From an uncultured Bacteroidales bacterium (GTDB lineage: Bacteria > Bacteroidota > Bacteroidia > Bacteroidales > JAADJA01): a DNA stretch of 64,000 nucleotides. The position numbers and the translations under genes are program-made. This document shows, piece by piece, positions 1 through 8,873 of the stretch; position 1 is the first letter of the stretch; every line of letters begins with the position of its first letter. The DNA is taken from the NCBI GenBank assembly GCA_963761195.1, contig CAVXGA010000012.1, positions 96,082-160,081 on the forward strand, given 5' to 3'. The notes beneath the pieces are model-generated. The model did no database searches, had not been told where the DNA came from, and saw nothing but the letters and a program-made list of their open reading frames with translations.

Positions 1-807
1 TAAAAGGAGGGTCCCCTTTATATCGCCGGCCGATATGGCATCTACCATTTTAAAATAATAATCATAGTCGAGTACATTCAGGTTCTCGATTACATTTTTA
101 TAGGTGATATTTTTCCCGCCGAAACTCACAATCTGGTCAAAAATGGAAAGCGCATCACGCATCGCACCGTCCGATTTCTGCGCTATAATATGAAGGGCAT
201 CCATCTCAGCAGTTACATTTTCCTGTTCCGCAACAAACTGAAGATATGCAGCGATATCATCAACAGTAATTCTTCGAAAATCATAAATCTGGCAACGGGA
301 TAAAATAGTGGGGATGATCTTATGCTTTTCCGTAGTTGCGAGGATGAATTTAGCATATTCCGGTGGTTCTTCCAGCGTTTTCAGAAAAGCATTAAAAGCA
401 TTTGCAGAAAGCATATGCACTTCATCGATAATATATACCTTATACTTCCCGACCTGAGGAGGTATCCTCACCTGATCCACAAGGTTACGGATATCATCCA
501 CCGAATTGTTGGAAGCTGCATCAAGTTCATGAATATTAAAGGATGCTGACCGGTTAAATGAAATGCAGGATTCGCATTCATCGCAGGCATCAAGACTGGC
601 GGAAAGGTTTTTACAGTTGATAGTTTTTGCTAATATTCTGGCACAGGTTGTTTTACCCACACCCCTAGGGCCACAAAACAAAAATGCCTGGGCAAGATGA
701 TTATTCCTGATCGCATTTTTAAGTGTCTGAGTTATCGAGTTCTGCCCAACAACTGTATCAAATGTTTGTGGTCTGTATTTCCTTGCCGATACGATAAAAT
801 TTTCCAT
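1..807 (-). CDS. dnaX: DNA polymerase III subunit gamma/tau, N-terminal part (3' end runs off the window)
   Basis: Reverse-strand translation from the ATG at 805-807 reads MENFIVSARKYRPQTFDTVVGQNSITQTLKNAIRNNHLAQAFLFCGPRGVGKTTCARILAKTINC. This is a clamp-loader AAA+ Walker A. It is absent from the ORF track because it is open to the edge. The + ORFs 322-549 and 697-921 are its antisense shadows. Confidence 0.9.
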   Translation of the reverse strand, partial: MENFIVSARKYRPQTFDTVVGQNSITQTLKNAIRNNHLAQAFLFCGPRGVGKTTCARILAKTINCKNLSASLDACDECESCISFNRSASFNIHELDAASNNSVDDIRNLVDQVRIPPQVGKYKVYIIDEVHMLSANAFNAFLKTLEEPPEYAKFILATTEKHKIIPTILSRCQIYDFRRITVDDIAAYLQFVAEQENVTAEMDALHIIAQKSDGAMRDALSIFDQIVSFGGKNITYKNVIENLNVLDYDYYFKMVDAISAGDIKGTLLL

Positions 808-1015
808 TATTCCTGTTCCGATTATTCCGTTTACCGATTTTCCAAAATTACAAAGATTTTCATACGGGAAGATAGAAAGCCATATTCAAATTCATTATGT
901 TCCATCTGCAAATCTGTATGATTTTTGAAACAATTCACATTTACCACGAGCTTAACTATTGATATTAGGTTAATCATCTATTAATTTTAATCATTCTCCA
1001 ATTCAATCATTTTTT

Positions 1016-1023
1016 TATCTTTG
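1016..1023 (+). promoter_or_regulatory. Bacteroidota-type -7 promoter box (TAtcTTTG)
   Basis: Matches TAnnTTTG and lies 25 nt upstream of the ATG at 1048. Confidence 0.45.
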
Positions 1024-1047
1024 ACCAGTCAATAATGATAGCAGGTC

Positions 1048-2652
1048 ATGACAGCCCAAATTAAAGAAGATAACAAAAAGGTAAGATGGATAGCTTTGAT
1101 TGCCGTTCTGGTGTTTACAGCTATTTTATATTCAGGATCCGTCAAAAATTCGATTCTTTATGGTTGGGACGATGGTGAATACATCGAAAATGCAGACATC
1201 AGGCAGTTCGATGTAAGTAAATTTTTTTCCACTTATTATCTTGGCATGTACCAGCCACTGGCCGTTCTTACCATCTCTGCAAATTACCAGGCTGCCCATG
1301 ATAATCCTGTTCCCTACCATACTACAAACCTGTTGATCCATTTGATTAATGTGATTTTGGTTTTTTACCTTTTTTACAGTCTGGCAGGCCGTATTGATAT
1401 TGCTACTTTCATCAGTTTATTGTTTGCTATTCATCCGATGAATGTTGAGGCAGTGGAATGGATTGCAGCCCGGAGTACCGGGCTGTATTCGATGTTTTAC
1501 CTTGCAGCACTTTTGAGCTATCTCGCTTTTCTTAAAAAGAAATCAATTTTATACCTGGTCCTTACCTTCGTGTTCTTTTTATTATCATGCCTTACCAAAT
1601 CTATGGCGATGACACTTCCTTTAGTGCTCTTTACGTTTGACTATTACCTGGGAAGAAAATGGAAAGGCAGGGTAGTCTGGGAAAAGGTTCCGTTTTTTAT
1701 CGTATCGGTCGTAATCGGAATTGTTACCATCAATGCCGCATCAAGCTTCGGGCATATACGGAATCTTGATGTTTCCTACAATCTTTTCGACAGGCTTTTA
1801 ATGCTCATTTATTCCCTTGTTTTTTACCTTGTTAAAGCGGTTGGTCCGGCCAATCTTTCGGCTGTTTATGCCTATCCCGATAAATCAGGATTCTTTCTGC
1901 CCTGGGAATATTATCTGGCTCTTTTAATTTTTGGTGTGATAATTTTAAACATTGTAATATTAGGGAAATCAAGGAAAAGGGTACTTTTTGGTCTGATGTT
2001 TTTTGCAGTGACCATCGCCCCGGTTTTACCCTTGGTATGGTCGCGTATGCTAATGTTAGCCGACCGGTACACATACATCCCCTACCTTGGCATTTTCTTT
2101 ATTTTGGCCCGAATTTATATCCGTTTTATTGAAAGTAACAGAGAACAGATCCAGAAATATAAATTGTTTATAAATACCGGATTATTTATTTATATCCTCT
2201 TCCTCTCAATTACATCGTACCAACGAACTAAAGTCTGGAAGGATGCACAAACCCTGATGACCGATGTGATCGAAAAAGACCGTTCGGACGTGGATGTATC
2301 CATCGGTTATTTTTTTAGAGGGAATATCAATGACCGCTCCAACGATATGAATGCAGCCCTGACAGATTTTTCAGAAGCCATTAAGCTGAACCCAAAATAT
2401 ACCCTGGCTTACAACAACCGGGGCATCATAAGAGGCAGCATGCAGAATTTTAAAGGAGCAATGGAAGATTTCAATAAAGCCATTGAGCTGGAACCCAATT
2501 ATGCCGATGCGTTTTATAACCGCGGAAATGTTAATTATTACCTCAAACATTTCGACGATGCCTGCAGTGACTGGGATAAGGCAGCAAATCTGGGCTCGGA
2601 TCAGGCCGCTGCAATTAAAAACAAATATTGTAATTCACAACTGTCTCGTTAA
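1048..2652 (+). CDS. TMTC-like GT-C membrane glycosyltransferase homolog (DUF1736-type core) with C-terminal TPR repeats
   Basis: Polytopic N-terminal region containing HPMNVEAVEWIAARSTGLYSMFYLAALLSY. The C-terminus has three TPR-like units (AYNNRGIIRG, AFYNRGNVNY). Confidence 0.65.
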   Translation: MTAQIKEDNKKVRWIALIAVLVFTAILYSGSVKNSILYGWDDGEYIENADIRQFDVSKFFSTYYLGMYQPLAVLTISANYQAAHDNPVPYHTTNLLIHLINVILVFYLFYSLAGRIDIATFISLLFAIHPMNVEAVEWIAARSTGLYSMFYLAALLSYLAFLKKKSILYLVLTFVFFLLSCLTKSMAMTLPLVLFTFDYYLGRKWKGRVVWEKVPFFIVSVVIGIVTINAASSFGHIRNLDVSYNLFDRLLMLIYSLVFYLVKAVGPANLSAVYAYPDKSGFFLPWEYYLALLIFGVIILNIVILGKSRKRVLFGLMFFAVTIAPVLPLVWSRMLMLADRYTYIPYLGIFFILARIYIRFIESNREQIQKYKLFINTGLFIYILFLSITSYQRTKVWKDAQTLMTDVIEKDRSDVDVSIGYFFRGNINDRSNDMNAALTDFSEAIKLNPKYTLAYNNRGIIRGSMQNFKGAMEDFNKAIELEPNYADAFYNRGNVNYYLKHFDDACSDWDKAANLGSDQAAAIKNKYCNSQLSR

Positions 2653-2729
2653 AAGAGACTGAGTGACAGTTGTTTATAATTTAGTTCTTTGACATTTTTG
2701 TAATCATTATTTGCAAGTAGCCCAGCACT

Positions 2730-2752
2730 CGTCCTCGTTTGTAACGAGGACG
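2730..2752 (+). other. Perfect 10-bp stem-loop CGTCCTCGTT-tgt-AACGAGGACG, 3' of the TMTC-like gene
   Basis: Read directly from the sequence. It has the same GTT-TGT-AAC apex as the stem-loops at 7930-7956 and 8837-8863 when those are read in transcript sense. No U-tract follows. Confidence 0.5.
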
Positions 2753-2920
2753 CATTTATCCGCAGCATTTGTAATGCAAAACCAATAAGACAATTGAGTA
2801 CAAAAAATCTTTAATTTTGATTCATGTTTGGCCATTCAGTTATTAATTACCAGGATGAAAATAAAAAATTGCATTTAAAATGCTGAAATAAACCTGTCCT
2901 CGTTATACGCGAGGTTTAGA

Positions 2921-3205
2921 TTGGGGCTGCGGCCTTTTCTGAACAGTCGAATGGACAGAACAACAATAGATACCTACCAAAAAGCCGATTCTTTAATTAC
3001 TACTCGTTTTCATTCACCGTTTCAATGCTCCTCAAGAGATTTGCTTAAGAGCCGGGAATTTGCAATTATCCTGACAGATGTATTGTTTTTCACTAAAAGA
3101 ATTATGCTTCCACACAAGAGAATAGCAGTTGTAATGAATGAGATGGAAGAAATAATTTCAAAAGATTACCCTGATGCGAAGATTGAGAAATATAAACCTT
3201 TTTAG
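2921..3205 (+). CDS. Hypothetical protein (doubtful ORF, TTG start)
   Basis: The only ORF in a 1.1-kb gap. No recognisable motif. Confidence 0.2.
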   Translation: MGLRPFLNSRMDRTTIDTYQKADSLITTRFHSPFQCSSRDLLKSREFAIILTDVLFFTKRIMLPHKRIAVVMNEMEEIISKDYPDAKIEKYKPF

Positions 3206-3424
3206 AAAGACCTGTAAATGAAAACGAACCGCCCGCAAGTTCAAGCGTTCCTGTAAAGGTCTCTGCGTAAAAATCACCCGGACCGTAATACTTACGATAT
3301 CCAAATCAGGCGAACGTATAATCTTGTTATGGGATTGTAAACAAGAAAGAGCAGGTTTTCACTTCGTAAAAAAAATTTTCTCCTTTTATCAATGATTCTC
3401 TTTACTGCGTTATAGTCGAAAGAA

Positions 3425-3500
3425 AGTACGGCGGTACTCGAAGCCGAGTATCGGCGTACTCGGAGTCAAGTATCACGGTACTCGGTGCCGAGTATGCTGC
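3425..3500. repeat. 3.5 tandem copies of a 22-bp unit (AGTAYCRSGGTACTCGGWGYCR) with nested inverted repeats CCGAGTA/TACTCGG
   Basis: AGTA recurs at 3425, 3447, 3469 and 3491, an exact 22-bp period. Palindromes seen are TACTCG-aagc-CGAGTA and CCGAGTA-tcggcg-TACTCGG. Confidence 0.8.
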
Positions 3501-3667
3501 ATATTCTGCAAGTTCAAATAAACTAATTGAAATCATTTATCCTGCTGCATTGCTTTTAACATTTCGGGATAGACTGGTAAAACAGTAAAAACACAGGTTA
3601 TCAACAAAAAGAAAAAATAAACATAACAATGACTTTATCAAAAAAACGGTCAACCTTATTCAGGCAT

Positions 3668-3785
3668 GGTCATTCAGGCAAGGTCATTGAACCTTAAACC
3701 TTGAACTTTGAACCTTAACACCTTGAACCTTGAACTCTTGAACCTTAAACCTTTGAACCTTAAACTTTGAACCTTAAACTTCCAC
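3668..3785. repeat. Degenerate tandem array of TGAAC(C/T)T / TTGAACCTTAAAC units (about 9 copies)
   Basis: Read directly: ...ttgaaccttaaaccttgaactttgaaccttaacaccttgaaccttgaactcttgaaccttaaacctttgaaccttaaactttgaaccttaaac... It ends about 40 nt before the M48 start. Confidence 0.8.
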
Positions 3786-3795
3786 CTAATTTTGG

Positions 3796-3803
3796 TAATT
3801 TTG
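3796..3803 (+). promoter_or_regulatory. -7 promoter box TAatTTTG (a second copy lies at 3787-3794)
   Basis: Matches TAnnTTTG, 22 nt upstream of the ATG at 3825. Confidence 0.45.
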
Positions 3804-3824
3804 CAAACCATTAATAAAGTGTAT

Positions 3825-5067
3825 ATGGCTCAGATCATATTTTATATAATTATTGGGATTATTATTTTCGACTATATTCTGGAACGGATACTCGATTGGC
3901 TCAACAGTACGTATTGGAGCAATGAACTACCTCCCGAACTTGCCGGCATTTACGATGCGGAGAAATACAAAAAATCGCAGGATTACGAACGAGTGACCAC
4001 CCGTTTTTCGTTGCTTACAAGTTCATTAAGCATTATCGTTATGCTGCTCATGCTTTTCCTTAGCGGTTTTGCATGGCTCGATAATGTTGTACAGGCATTA
4101 TACGCAAAATCCCATCCTGATGGCACTGCTGTTTTTCGGGATACTGGGATTTGCTGCCGATATCCTGTCGACGCCATTTTCAGTTTACAGCACCTTTGTC
4201 ATCGAAGAAAAGTTCGGATTTAATAAAACAACTCCGAAAACCTTTGTTCTGGATAAGCTGAAAGGGTTATTTCTGGCGGCGATTATCGGTGGCGGACTGC
4301 TGGCTCTTGTCGTATGGATTTACATGATTTCAGGCTCATGGTTTTGGGTGATCGCCTGGGCTGTCATCAGCGTGTTTACTATTTTCATGACCATGTTCTA
4401 TTCAAACATCATTGTTCCTTTATTCAACAAGCAAACACCGCTTGAAGAAGGAAACCTGCGAACAGCCATCGAAGATTTTGCACATAAAGTCGGCTTTAAG
4501 CTTAAGAATATTTTTGTCATGGACGGTTCCAAACGCTCCACGAAGGCAAATGCCTATTTTACAGGTCTCGGCTCAAAGAAACGAATCGTACTTTTTGATA
4601 CACTGATCAAGGATCATACAACAGAAGAGCTTGTCGGAGTTTTGGCCCATGAAATTGGCCATTACAAGAAAAAGCATACGCTTACGGGAACCATTATTTC
4701 GCTTTTACAAACCGGACTGATGCTTTATATTTTATCGCTCTTTATTGGGAACCCGGTTTTATCGCAGGCGCTGGGTGCAAGCGAAGGCAGTTTTCACTTG
4801 GGTATTCTTGCATTCGGATTGCTGTACAGTCCCCTGTCGCTCATTCTCGGATTAATTATGAATATGATCTCCCGGAAAAATGAATTTGCTGCGGATCGTT
4901 ATGCAGGCGAAAATTATAAACCCAAACCCTTACAGGATGCATTAAAAAAGTTATCGGTTAATCATTTAAGCAATCTTCGCCCCCACCCTGCCTATGTATT
5001 CTTTTACTATTCGCATCCGCCGCTGCTGCAAAGACTGAAAGCACTGGAAAAGGTAACTCCAGCTTGA
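3825..5067 (+). pseudogene. M48 family (Ste24/HtpX-like) zinc metalloprotease, interrupted by a +1 frameshift near 4092
   Basis: HEIGHYKKKH (HExxH) sits in the 3' frame. The N-terminal frame (MAQIIFYIIIG...GFAWLDNVV) continues as RHYTQNPILMALLFFG only if one base (c at about 4092) is skipped. Confidence 0.8.
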
Positions 5068-5116
5068 TAATTTTATGATTCTTTATTAGATTTGTAGATT
5101 CTTTAAATCAAATAGG

Positions 5117-5326
5117 ATGTTTCAGCAAAAATATATAACGGATGAAAAAGGCAGGAAGATAAGCGTTGTAGTTCCTTTTAAAGAATACAAAAAGCTTATC
5201 GAAGCCTATGACGAGCTCGAGGATATTAAAGCGTACGATTCAGCTAAATCCAAAAAATCTGATCCGGTAGATGCAGCCACAGCATTTGAGGAAATAGAAG
5301 AGTACCAAAAAAGATCAAAAAAGTGA
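5117..5326 (+). CDS. RelB/ParD-type antitoxin
   Basis: 69 aa with an acidic C-terminus. Its stop overlaps the ATG of the RelE-like remnant (ATGA overlap at 5324-5328). Confidence 0.6.
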   Translation: MFQQKYITDEKGRKISVVVPFKEYKKLIEAYDELEDIKAYDSAKSKKSDPVDAATAFEEIEEYQKRSKK

Positions 5327-5580
5327 TGATGTATCGCATCATGGTTGAACGGATCAGTAGTAAAATTTCTTAAGACCTATTCCAAAATCCGATTATCCAA
5401 GGATCAAAGCAAAAATTTTAAACCTCCAGACGAATCCCCACCCTTATGATTCGCTAAAACTTAAAGGTAGAAATGCATTCAGAATACGCCAGGGAAAATA
5501 CAGGATCATATACGAAGTAAGAGAAAATGTACTTTTAATTGTCATTATTTTGTAATCGGACACCGAAAGGATATTTATCG
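5326..5580 (+). pseudogene. RelE/ParE family toxin remnant (at least 2 frameshifts)
   Basis: Three frames must be joined: MMYRIMVERISSK / FLRPIPKSDYPRIKAKILNLQTNPHPYDSLKLKGRNAFRIRQGKYRIIYEVRENVLLIVIIL / VIGHRKDIY. Together these give the typical RelE signature. Shifts lie at about 5362-5365 and about 5545. Confidence 0.75.
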
Positions 5581-6228
5581 TCAAGTAAAAACAGACTTCA
5601 CTGTTGCCAGCATTAAAGGGATAAAAGTTAATCGCTTTAAAGCTCGCAGGACTGCTAATAACATCTCCGGCGATAGCCGCTCTGAAATATTCACATTGAT
5701 GTATTCAAACAAGATCTCTCCTTTTGTATTTACTACCATCACTGTCGGAACAGGCAATAAATCCGAAACGTCTCCTTTGGTCCTGGGTGAAATGAAAAAT
5801 TTGGAAACATCCTTCGTTTTATAGGCAAGTCCTGTTTTCTGTATCAGGTTGCCGCCCGGATCGGAATAGACCTGGTAACGGATGCTATCCTTGTCGATGG
5901 TGGGCTGCAGGTTTTTATAATCTTCAGGACTAACAGCAACGATCTGGTAACCCAGTTTCAGGATTTCCTGCTCCGCTTTTGCCAGCCCCGAAAGCTGCGC
6001 ATTGCAATACGGGCACCAGCCGCCGCGATAAAAGACAAGAACGGTTGGTTTTTCTTTGAGGATCGAATACAACTCAACCGGTTCATTTTTCAGGTTGATT
6101 AATTTTTCATTGGGTAATGATTCACCTACCAGCAAAGGAGAAATATCCTCCTTTTTATCCGCTATTTGTGCCTGAACTGAAAAAGAAAGTAAACCTGTAA
6201 TTATGCAGAAGAAAAATGTTTTTTTCAT
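5581..6228 (-). CDS. Secreted thioredoxin-fold redoxin (AhpC/TSA-like, WCPYC active site)
   Basis: Signal peptide MKKTFFFCIITGLLSFSVQA and the motif FYRGGWCPYCNAQL. Confidence 0.75.
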   Translation of the reverse strand: MKKTFFFCIITGLLSFSVQAQIADKKEDISPLLVGESLPNEKLINLKNEPVELYSILKEKPTVLVFYRGGWCPYCNAQLSGLAKAEQEILKLGYQIVAVSPEDYKNLQPTIDKDSIRYQVYSDPGGNLIQKTGLAYKTKDVSKFFISPRTKGDVSDLLPVPTVMVVNTKGEILFEYINVNISERLSPEMLLAVLRALKRLTFIPLMLATVKSVFT

Positions 6229-6498
6229 TTCAAAAGGTTGAGTTTGTGCAGCTGATTATTTTAATGATCCCAACAATTAAACAAGCAGAAGCGTTAAGTG
6301 TTTGCTGTTTTCTGATTAGGGTGGGGAATTTTGGTCAATCAGGGTTTTCTATTGGTGTTTCAATATAAGCAAAATCCTGGCAAACATGGTAAAGGTTTTG
6401 TTATCACAGGCTAATTGTTATGTATTAAGGATGCATTCTTGCAATTTACCGGTTCGGCGCTTAACGAAGTGGCGGCTTAAAAGCACAATACGCTCGGC

Positions 6499-7092
6499 TT
6501 AGGCTCCAACCGTACCTGTCTCTACTTTTCCGGATCGTTTGTAGTTGGCAAAGATCACTCCGGTTGGCGTAACCAAACTCTCTGTTAATGTAAATGCTGC
6601 CGCAATCGTGCCATTGTCAAACAACTTTTTCCCTTTGCCAAGAGTCACAGGGTAAATTTTGAGCCAGAGTTCGTCCACTAAATCATTCTTAAGGAGTAGC
6701 TGAATAAGCTCACCACTGCCGTGAACCTGAATGTCAGAACCGTTTGAATTTTTGAGCTTTTCAATATCTGCCAGGGTTTTGAGGAAAACTGAGTTTTTCC
6801 AATCACACTTTTTCAGGGTCCCGGACATAACGTATTTTGTGACATCATTGATACCTGGCCAAAAGTCTGCATGTTCAGGCCAGTAGGAGGCAAAAATCTC
6901 AAATGTTTTTCTGCCCAAAAGAAGGTCTGCAGGTTTCATCTGTTTTTCCATCACCTTACCTCCAACTTCGTCAAAATAAGGCGCCACCCAACCGCCTTAT
7001 TTGAAACCGCCTGACGGATATTCCTCAGGTCCGCCGGGTGCTTGCATTATGCCATCCAATGTAATAAATGATAAGACGATTATTTTTCTCAT
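6499..7092 (-). pseudogene. Dihydrofolate-reductase-family (RibD C-terminal domain) protein with an in-frame TAA
   Basis: Reverse translation from the ATG at 7090-7092 reads [44 protein letters not shown]... The stop codon occupies 6997-6999. The rest of the ORF is intact. Confidence 0.7.
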
Positions 7093-7395
7093 CAGCATGT
7101 CGTCAGTGATTATCGTGCTGACTTCGCACGTTTATAGTTGCTTACTCAATTCCGTTTTCCGTTTCCCCATCAATTTTTTTCTGTTTATTTCTTTCAGTCA
7201 CTTTCAAGTTAGTAGGTCGCCCAGTCATGACGCATGACGGTTAGTAAGTATGGCACGTAGCCCTTCCTTACTATTATTTATATTGATTTGTATTATTTTC
7301 AATTTTACAATTCTTTGTCTTAATGACCGCTATCTGGCTATGAGAATCTACTTGCTGTTATCGGCTGAAATCTAAGTTCCCCTTATTAATTTCAA

Positions 7396-7671
7396 TTAAA
7401 TACTTAGCATTATCTCTTTATTTTCCTTATCAGGTTCGTTTTCATATTGATTAAGCAAAAATGGACTCATTTCTAAAATTTTCCTAATTCTAACACTGTT
7501 TAATGGATTAGCTATTCCATATGAATTTTTTAAATCAAGAACGTATAATTCTCTTAAAGATGCTATTTCGGCACCCTTTATTGCTCCTCCAATGGCACCC
7601 ATGTTGTATCCTTGAGAAGATTTAATTGCTACTTCTCCATTGTTGATAGGCCCATAAAAAACTAAGTACAT
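7396..7671 (-). CDS. Hypothetical protein, possibly a 5'-truncated fragment
   Basis: The frame stays open about 40 codons upstream of the ATG without another start. No motif recognised. Confidence 0.3.
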   Translation of the reverse strand: MYLVFYGPINNGEVAIKSSQGYNMGAIGGAIKGAEIASLRELYVLDLKNSYGIANPLNSVRIRKILEMSPFLLNQYENEPDKENKEIMLSI

Positions 7672-7929
7672 TCCTTCAGAAATTATTTTTGAATACCAGG
7701 TTTGGGCTTGTTGAAGGTTACAATTTATAAATAATGAGTCTCCGGTTGAGATGGCATAAATCTGCTTTTTAATAAAATTATTTTTTATTGATTTAGAGAC
7801 TGTTTAAAATTCAATAAAAAATTTGACAGTATCAATTTTGCCACTAAATCACTAATACGCAAAGAAAACACAAAGAGTTATAACAGTCTCTAAGGTTTTA
7901 CCCTAAGGCTTAAATCATTATTATCTGTT

Positions 7930-7956
7930 GCCACGAGTTACAAACTCGGGGCAGCG
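7930..7956 (-). other. 27-nt conserved stem-loop, copy A (GCC-a-CGAGTT-aca-AACTCG-g-GGC-agcg), 15 nt 3' of the HTH gene stop
   Basis: 23 of 27 nt identical to copy B. One G:C to A:T compensatory pair lies in the stem. Confidence 0.6.
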
Positions 7957-7971
7957 GGTTTGGGATTTGGG

Positions 7972-8304
7972 TTAGGTTTGGGGGCGGGCTTTTAGGAGGG
8001 TATTGATTTCGTGGAGATAGGCTACTTCTTTTTGTAAGGCGACTACTTTGGCGGTTAATTCTTTGTTTTGAGCGGTTAAACTGGTGAGGGTGGCTGCGGA
8101 TGTTCCGGATTTTTCGATGAAATGGATGAAAAAGTTGTACTTGAGGTGGCGGGAGATGCGGTATAGCCTGCTTACGGGCATGTCGTTCTTCTTTAATGAA
8201 GCGTAGAGGGTTACGGGACTAATTTTAAGTTGTTTTGCAAGGTCGTAAACGGATGTGTGGTGCAGTCTGCAATGCTCTTTTATTTTATAACCAAAGTTTA
8301 CCAT
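7972..8304 (-). CDS. Small helix-turn-helix DNA-binding protein with a C-terminal coiled coil
   Basis: TSVYDLAKQLKISPVTLYASLKK is HTH-like. The C-terminal heptad-like stretch is LTAQNKELTAKVVALQKEVAYLHEINTLL. Confidence 0.6.
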   Translation of the reverse strand: MVNFGYKIKEHCRLHHTSVYDLAKQLKISPVTLYASLKKNDMPVSRLYRISRHLKYNFFIHFIEKSGTSAATLTSLTAQNKELTAKVVALQKEVAYLHEINTLLKARPQT

Positions 8305-8361
8305 GATGAATTTTTTATTTTAATGTGTTATGCGGGTTCAAAAATAGAAAAAATTTTGTGA

Positions 8362-8529
8362 TTGTTAACTATATTGATATAAATGTTCAACTAATTATTC
8401 AATATGTTAAATTAATTAATCTTTATGTAAAGTTATTTAATTAATATGTTAAGTTGATTAATTATTTTGTTAATCAGATTAGTAAATTTATAAAGTAAAT
8501 TGATATATTTGTTAAGTTGATTAATTAAT
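8362..8529. repeat. Eight tandem 21-bp iteron-like units (consensus about WTGTTAAGTTGATTAATTAAT)
   Basis: Unit starts at 8362, 8383, 8404, 8425, 8446, 8467, 8488 and 8509, an exact 21-bp phase. Units at 8446 and 8509 are nearly identical. Confidence 0.85.
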
Positions 8530-8836
8530 ATGATGGCCGGAAGATCATTTTAGCGTTAAAAACTTGCGGGGGCGTTGATTTTAAGGGGTTGGGGGACAAA
8601 TGCAAATTGGTGGGTGGGATAAATAAGGAACGAGAATAGAAGTTATACTATATAGGCATGATTGTTATCTTAAGGCACGAGTCGCGCTTACACACTGGCC
8701 TGGGTTGGAAGACTGGCGCCAGTTAGGGTACATCACAAAGCCATATTTGTGAAGAAATTTGGGGTTGGGAGGGGAGGAATTAGTAGGGTTGGTGGAGTAG
8801 GATTGGGTGGAGAAGGTCTGATGTTGCCATATTAAA

Positions 8837-8863
8837 GCCACAATTTACAAACTTGCGGCAGCG
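8837..8863 (-). other. 27-nt conserved stem-loop, copy B, 10 nt 3' of the HepT stop
   Basis: gccacaatttacaaacttgcggcagcg compared with copy A gccacgagttacaaactcggggcagcg. Confidence 0.6.
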
Positions 8864-8873
8864 TAGGGCAGCC

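Noticed and set aside
322-921. + strand ORFs 322-549 and 697-921
   Set aside because: They lie antisense to a clearly recognisable dnaX reading frame (Walker A GPRGVGKTT) and have no motifs of their own.
2918-3300. tmRNA candidate because of the ttGGGGCTGcgg start
   Set aside because: No tRNA-like 3' end (T-loop/ACCA), no recognisable tag ORF ending in ...ALAA, and no pseudoknot pattern.
6997-6999. Stop-codon reassignment or readthrough as the explanation for the in-frame TAA
   Set aside because: TAA is used as the ordinary terminator of many intact genes in this window (for example GH130 at 12457 and fbaA). A single nonsense substitution is the simpler explanation.
3425-8529. Possible CRISPR array among the tandem repeats (3425-3500, 3668-3785, 8362-8529)
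   Set aside because: The repeats are contiguous, with no unique spacers of 25-40 bp between them. The units are degenerate and no cas genes are present.
6229-8870. Integron cassette array / attC sites (GTTRRRY and RYYYAAC matches at about 6293 and about 6461; stem-loops after the HTH and HepT genes)
   Set aside because: No intI integrase or attI site lies in the window. The 7-mer matches are expected by chance. The 27-nt stem-loops are much shorter than attC sites (over 55 bp). I kept them only as a generic conserved stem-loop finding.
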